Part shown: in pieces, positions 4,975-6,744 of the stretch
How the letters are laid out: each line of letters opens with the position of its first letter
Numbering within the stretch: the stretch's first letter is position 1
From: Lineavirus I22
Length of the DNA stretch: 6,744 nt
Strand: one strand, 5' to 3'
Sequence record: NC_001332.1
Notes under the pieces: generated by a model
What the model saw: only the letters and a program-made list of their open reading frames with translations
Databases searched by the model: none
What the model was told of the DNA's origin: nothing
Program-made: the position numbers and the translations under genes

Positions 4975-6279
4975 GTGAAAAGAAAAATAATAGCAATTTC
5001 TTTATTTTTATACATCCCTTTGTCTAATGCTGATAATTGGGAGTCTATTACTAAAAGCTATTATACTGGCTTTGCCATGTCTAAAACTGTTGAATCAAAA
5101 GATCAGGATGGTAAAACAGTTCGTAAAGAGGTTATAACTCAGGCTGATTTAACTACCGCCTGTAATGATGCTAAAGCCTCCGCGCAAGATGTTTTTAATC
5201 AAATGAAGCTAACATTTTCTGGTATATGGCCTGATTCTCAGTTTCGCCTTGTAACTGGTGATACCTGCGTTTATAACGGTTCGCCTAGTGAAAAAACTGA
5301 AAGTTGGTCTATTCGCGCTCAGGTTGAGGGTGATATGCAACGTTCTGTACCAGATGAAGAACCTTCTGAACAAACGCCAGAAGAAATCTGTGAAGCAAAA
5401 CCTCCTATTGATGGCGTCTTTAATAACGTCTCTAAGGGTGACGAAGGAGGCTTTTATATTAATTATAATGGCTGCGAATATGAGGCAACTGGCGTCACTG
5501 TTTGCCAGAATGATGGAACTGTCTGTGCCTCCTCCGCTTGGAAGCCAACTGGTTACGTTCCCGAATCTGGAGAATCTTCCTCCTCTCCTGTGAAAGATGG
5601 TGACACTGGCGGTACTGGTGAAGGTGGTTCTGATACTGGCGGTGATACTGGTGGCGGTGATACTGGTGGTGGTTCTACTGGCGGCGATACTGGCGGTTCT
5701 ACTGGTGGCGGTTCTACTGGTGGCGGTTCTACTGGTGGATCAACTGGTAAATCACTGACAAAGGAAGATGTAACCGCAGCAATACATGATGCTTCCCCTT
5801 CTATTGGTGATGCTGTTAAAGATTCCCTTACAGAAGATAATGACCAGAACGACAATCAGAAGAAAGCAGATGAACAATCAGCTAAAGCCTCTGCTTCTGT
5901 ATCTGATGCTATCTCTGATGGTATGCGTGGCGTTGGTAATTTCGTTGACGATCTTGGCGGTGAGTCGTCGCAATACGGAATCGGTAATTCTGAAATGGAT
6001 CTCTCCGTTAGCCTGGCTAAAGGGCAACTTGGAATTGATCTTGAAGGTCATGGTTCAGCTTGGGAATCCTTTTTAAATGACGGTGCTTTACGTCCCTCCA
6101 TTCCTTCTGGTCATGGCTGTACTGATTTTGTCATGTTTCAGGGTTCTGTTTATCAGCTTGATATTGGCTGCGATAAATTAGGCGATATTAAGTCTGTATT
6201 ATCTTGGGTTATGTATTGCCTTACCTTCTGGTATGTATTCCAGTCTGCTACTTCATTACTTCGTAAAGGTGAACAATAA
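4975..6279 (+). CDS. III: pIII minor coat / adsorption protein
   Basis: 434 aa with GTG start (Ff gene III also starts with GTG). Signal peptide [19 protein letters not shown], Cys-containing N-terminal receptor-binding domains, Gly/Ser/Thr/Asp-rich linker, hydrophobic C-terminal anchor ([15 protein letters not shown]). Stop TAA overlaps the gene VI ATG (TAATG). Confidence 0.9.
   Translation: MKRKIIAISLFLYIPLSNADNWESITKSYYTGFAMSKTVESKDQDGKTVRKEVITQADLTTACNDAKASAQDVFNQMKLTFSGIWPDSQFRLVTGDTCVYNGSPSEKTESWSIRAQVEGDMQRSVPDEEPSEQTPEEICEAKPPIDGVFNNVSKGDEGGFYINYNGCEYEATGVTVCQNDGTVCASSAWKPTGYVPESGESSSSPVKDGDTGGTGEGGSDTGGDTGGGDTGGGSTGGDTGGSTGGGSTGGGSTGGSTGKSLTKEDVTAAIHDASPSIGDAVKDSLTEDNDQNDNQKKADEQSAKASASVSDAISDGMRGVGNFVDDLGGESSQYGIGNSEMDLSVSLAKGQLGIDLEGHGSAWESFLNDGALRPSIPSGHGCTDFVMFQGSVYQLDIGCDKLGDIKSVLSWVMYCLTFWYVFQSATSLLRKGEQ
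5599..5748 (+). repeat. Imperfect tandem 15-nt repeats encoding the glycine-rich pIII linker
   Basis: Repeated GGTGGCGGTTCTACT-like units encoding [50 protein letters not shown]. Confidence 0.85.
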
Positions 6280-6629
6280 TGCCAGCTTTATTAGGTATTC
6301 CGGCTTTAATTCGTTTCATAATGGGGCTTGTGCCTCTTGCTATTGGTTATTTTGCTAAGTTCTTAGGCAAAATTATTACCCGTAATGGCTTGATGGCTGC
6401 TGCCTTGATTGGTGCGATCCTTTCATTTGTCACCTTTGCAATTCAGCTTTTAGGCGATGCTTTATCTTCTGCAATGGGCGGAATGCCTGCTGATTTTGGA
6501 AATTTAATGTCCTCTGTATTACCTGATGGTACAACAACTTGTATTACAGTAATTATAGACTACCAGATAGCGGTCTTTGTTTTCGATATTAAAGATCGCT
6601 TACTCGGCATTGCCAATAAGGTAATTTGA
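6279..6629 (+). CDS. VI: pVI minor coat protein
   Basis: 116-aa hydrophobic protein. N-terminus [13 protein letters not shown] matches Ff pVI MPVLLGIPLLLRF; C-terminal [11 protein letters not shown] matches AAIFIFDVKQK. Confidence 0.9.
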   Translation: MPALLGIPALIRFIMGLVPLAIGYFAKFLGKIITRNGLMAAALIGAILSFVTFAIQLLGDALSSAMGGMPADFGNLMSSVLPDGTTTCITVIIDYQIAVFVFDIKDRLLGIANKVI

Positions 6630-6630
6630 T

Positions 6631-6744
6631 ATGGCTGTTTATGTTGTTACCGGAAAATTAGGCGCAGGCAAGACGCTTGTAGCTGTATCGCGTATACAAA
6701 GGACTTTAGCTAAAGGTGGTATTGTTGCCACCAATCTAAATTTA
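6631..6744 (+). CDS. I: Gene I protein (pI), N-terminal 38 codons; continues at window position 1
   Basis: MAVYVVTGKLGAGKTLVAVSRIQ... contains the Walker A P-loop GKLGAGKT and matches the Ff pI N-terminus (MAVYFVTGKLGSGKTLVSV). Frame (6631+114=6745) joins frame 1 of the window start exactly. Confidence 0.9.
   Translation, partial: MAVYVVTGKLGAGKTLVAVSRIQRTLAKGGIVATNLNL

Noticed and set aside
5258-5593. 111-aa + strand ORF overlapping gene III
   Set aside because: Alternative frame of the well-supported pIII gene; no independent start signals.
5553-5855. 100-aa minus-strand proline-rich ORF
   Set aside because: Reverse complement of the Gly-codon tandem repeats of the pIII linker (PPVEPPPV periodicity); an artefact.
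5786-6076. 96-aa + strand ORF overlapping gene III
   Set aside because: Alternative frame within gene III, hydrophobic low-complexity product, no SD.
1-6744. Integrated prophage, transposon, or CRISPR or tRNA content
   Set aside because: No integrase, no terminal inverted repeats, no spacer-repeat array, no tRNA-like sequence. The genome closes on itself through gene I, consistent with a free circular replicon.

Overview
The window reads as a complete circular genome of an Ff/IKe-like filamentous ssDNA phage (Inovirus), linearised at a HindIII site (AAGCTT at 1-6). Gene I starts at 6631, runs off the 3' end and continues in frame from position 1 to 984. All genes are on the + strand in the canonical order I(XI)-IV-[intergenic origin region]-II(X)-V-VII-IX-VIII-III-VI. 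The morphogenesis half (VII, IX, VIII, III, VI, I, IV) is recognisably IKe/Ff-like at the protein level. The replication half is the unusual part: an 811-nt structured intergenic region, a shortened and divergent gene II, and a 108-aa gene-V-position ORF with no similarity I can see to Ff gene V. From memory, the 6744-nt length and this modular layout match the IncI2-pilus-specific phage I2-2, whose replication module was described as non-homologous to IKe/Ff; this must be confirmed by database search. I see no rRNA, tRNA, CRISPR array or transposon. All similarity statements are by-eye comparisons with recalled Ff/IKe protein sequences, not computed alignments.
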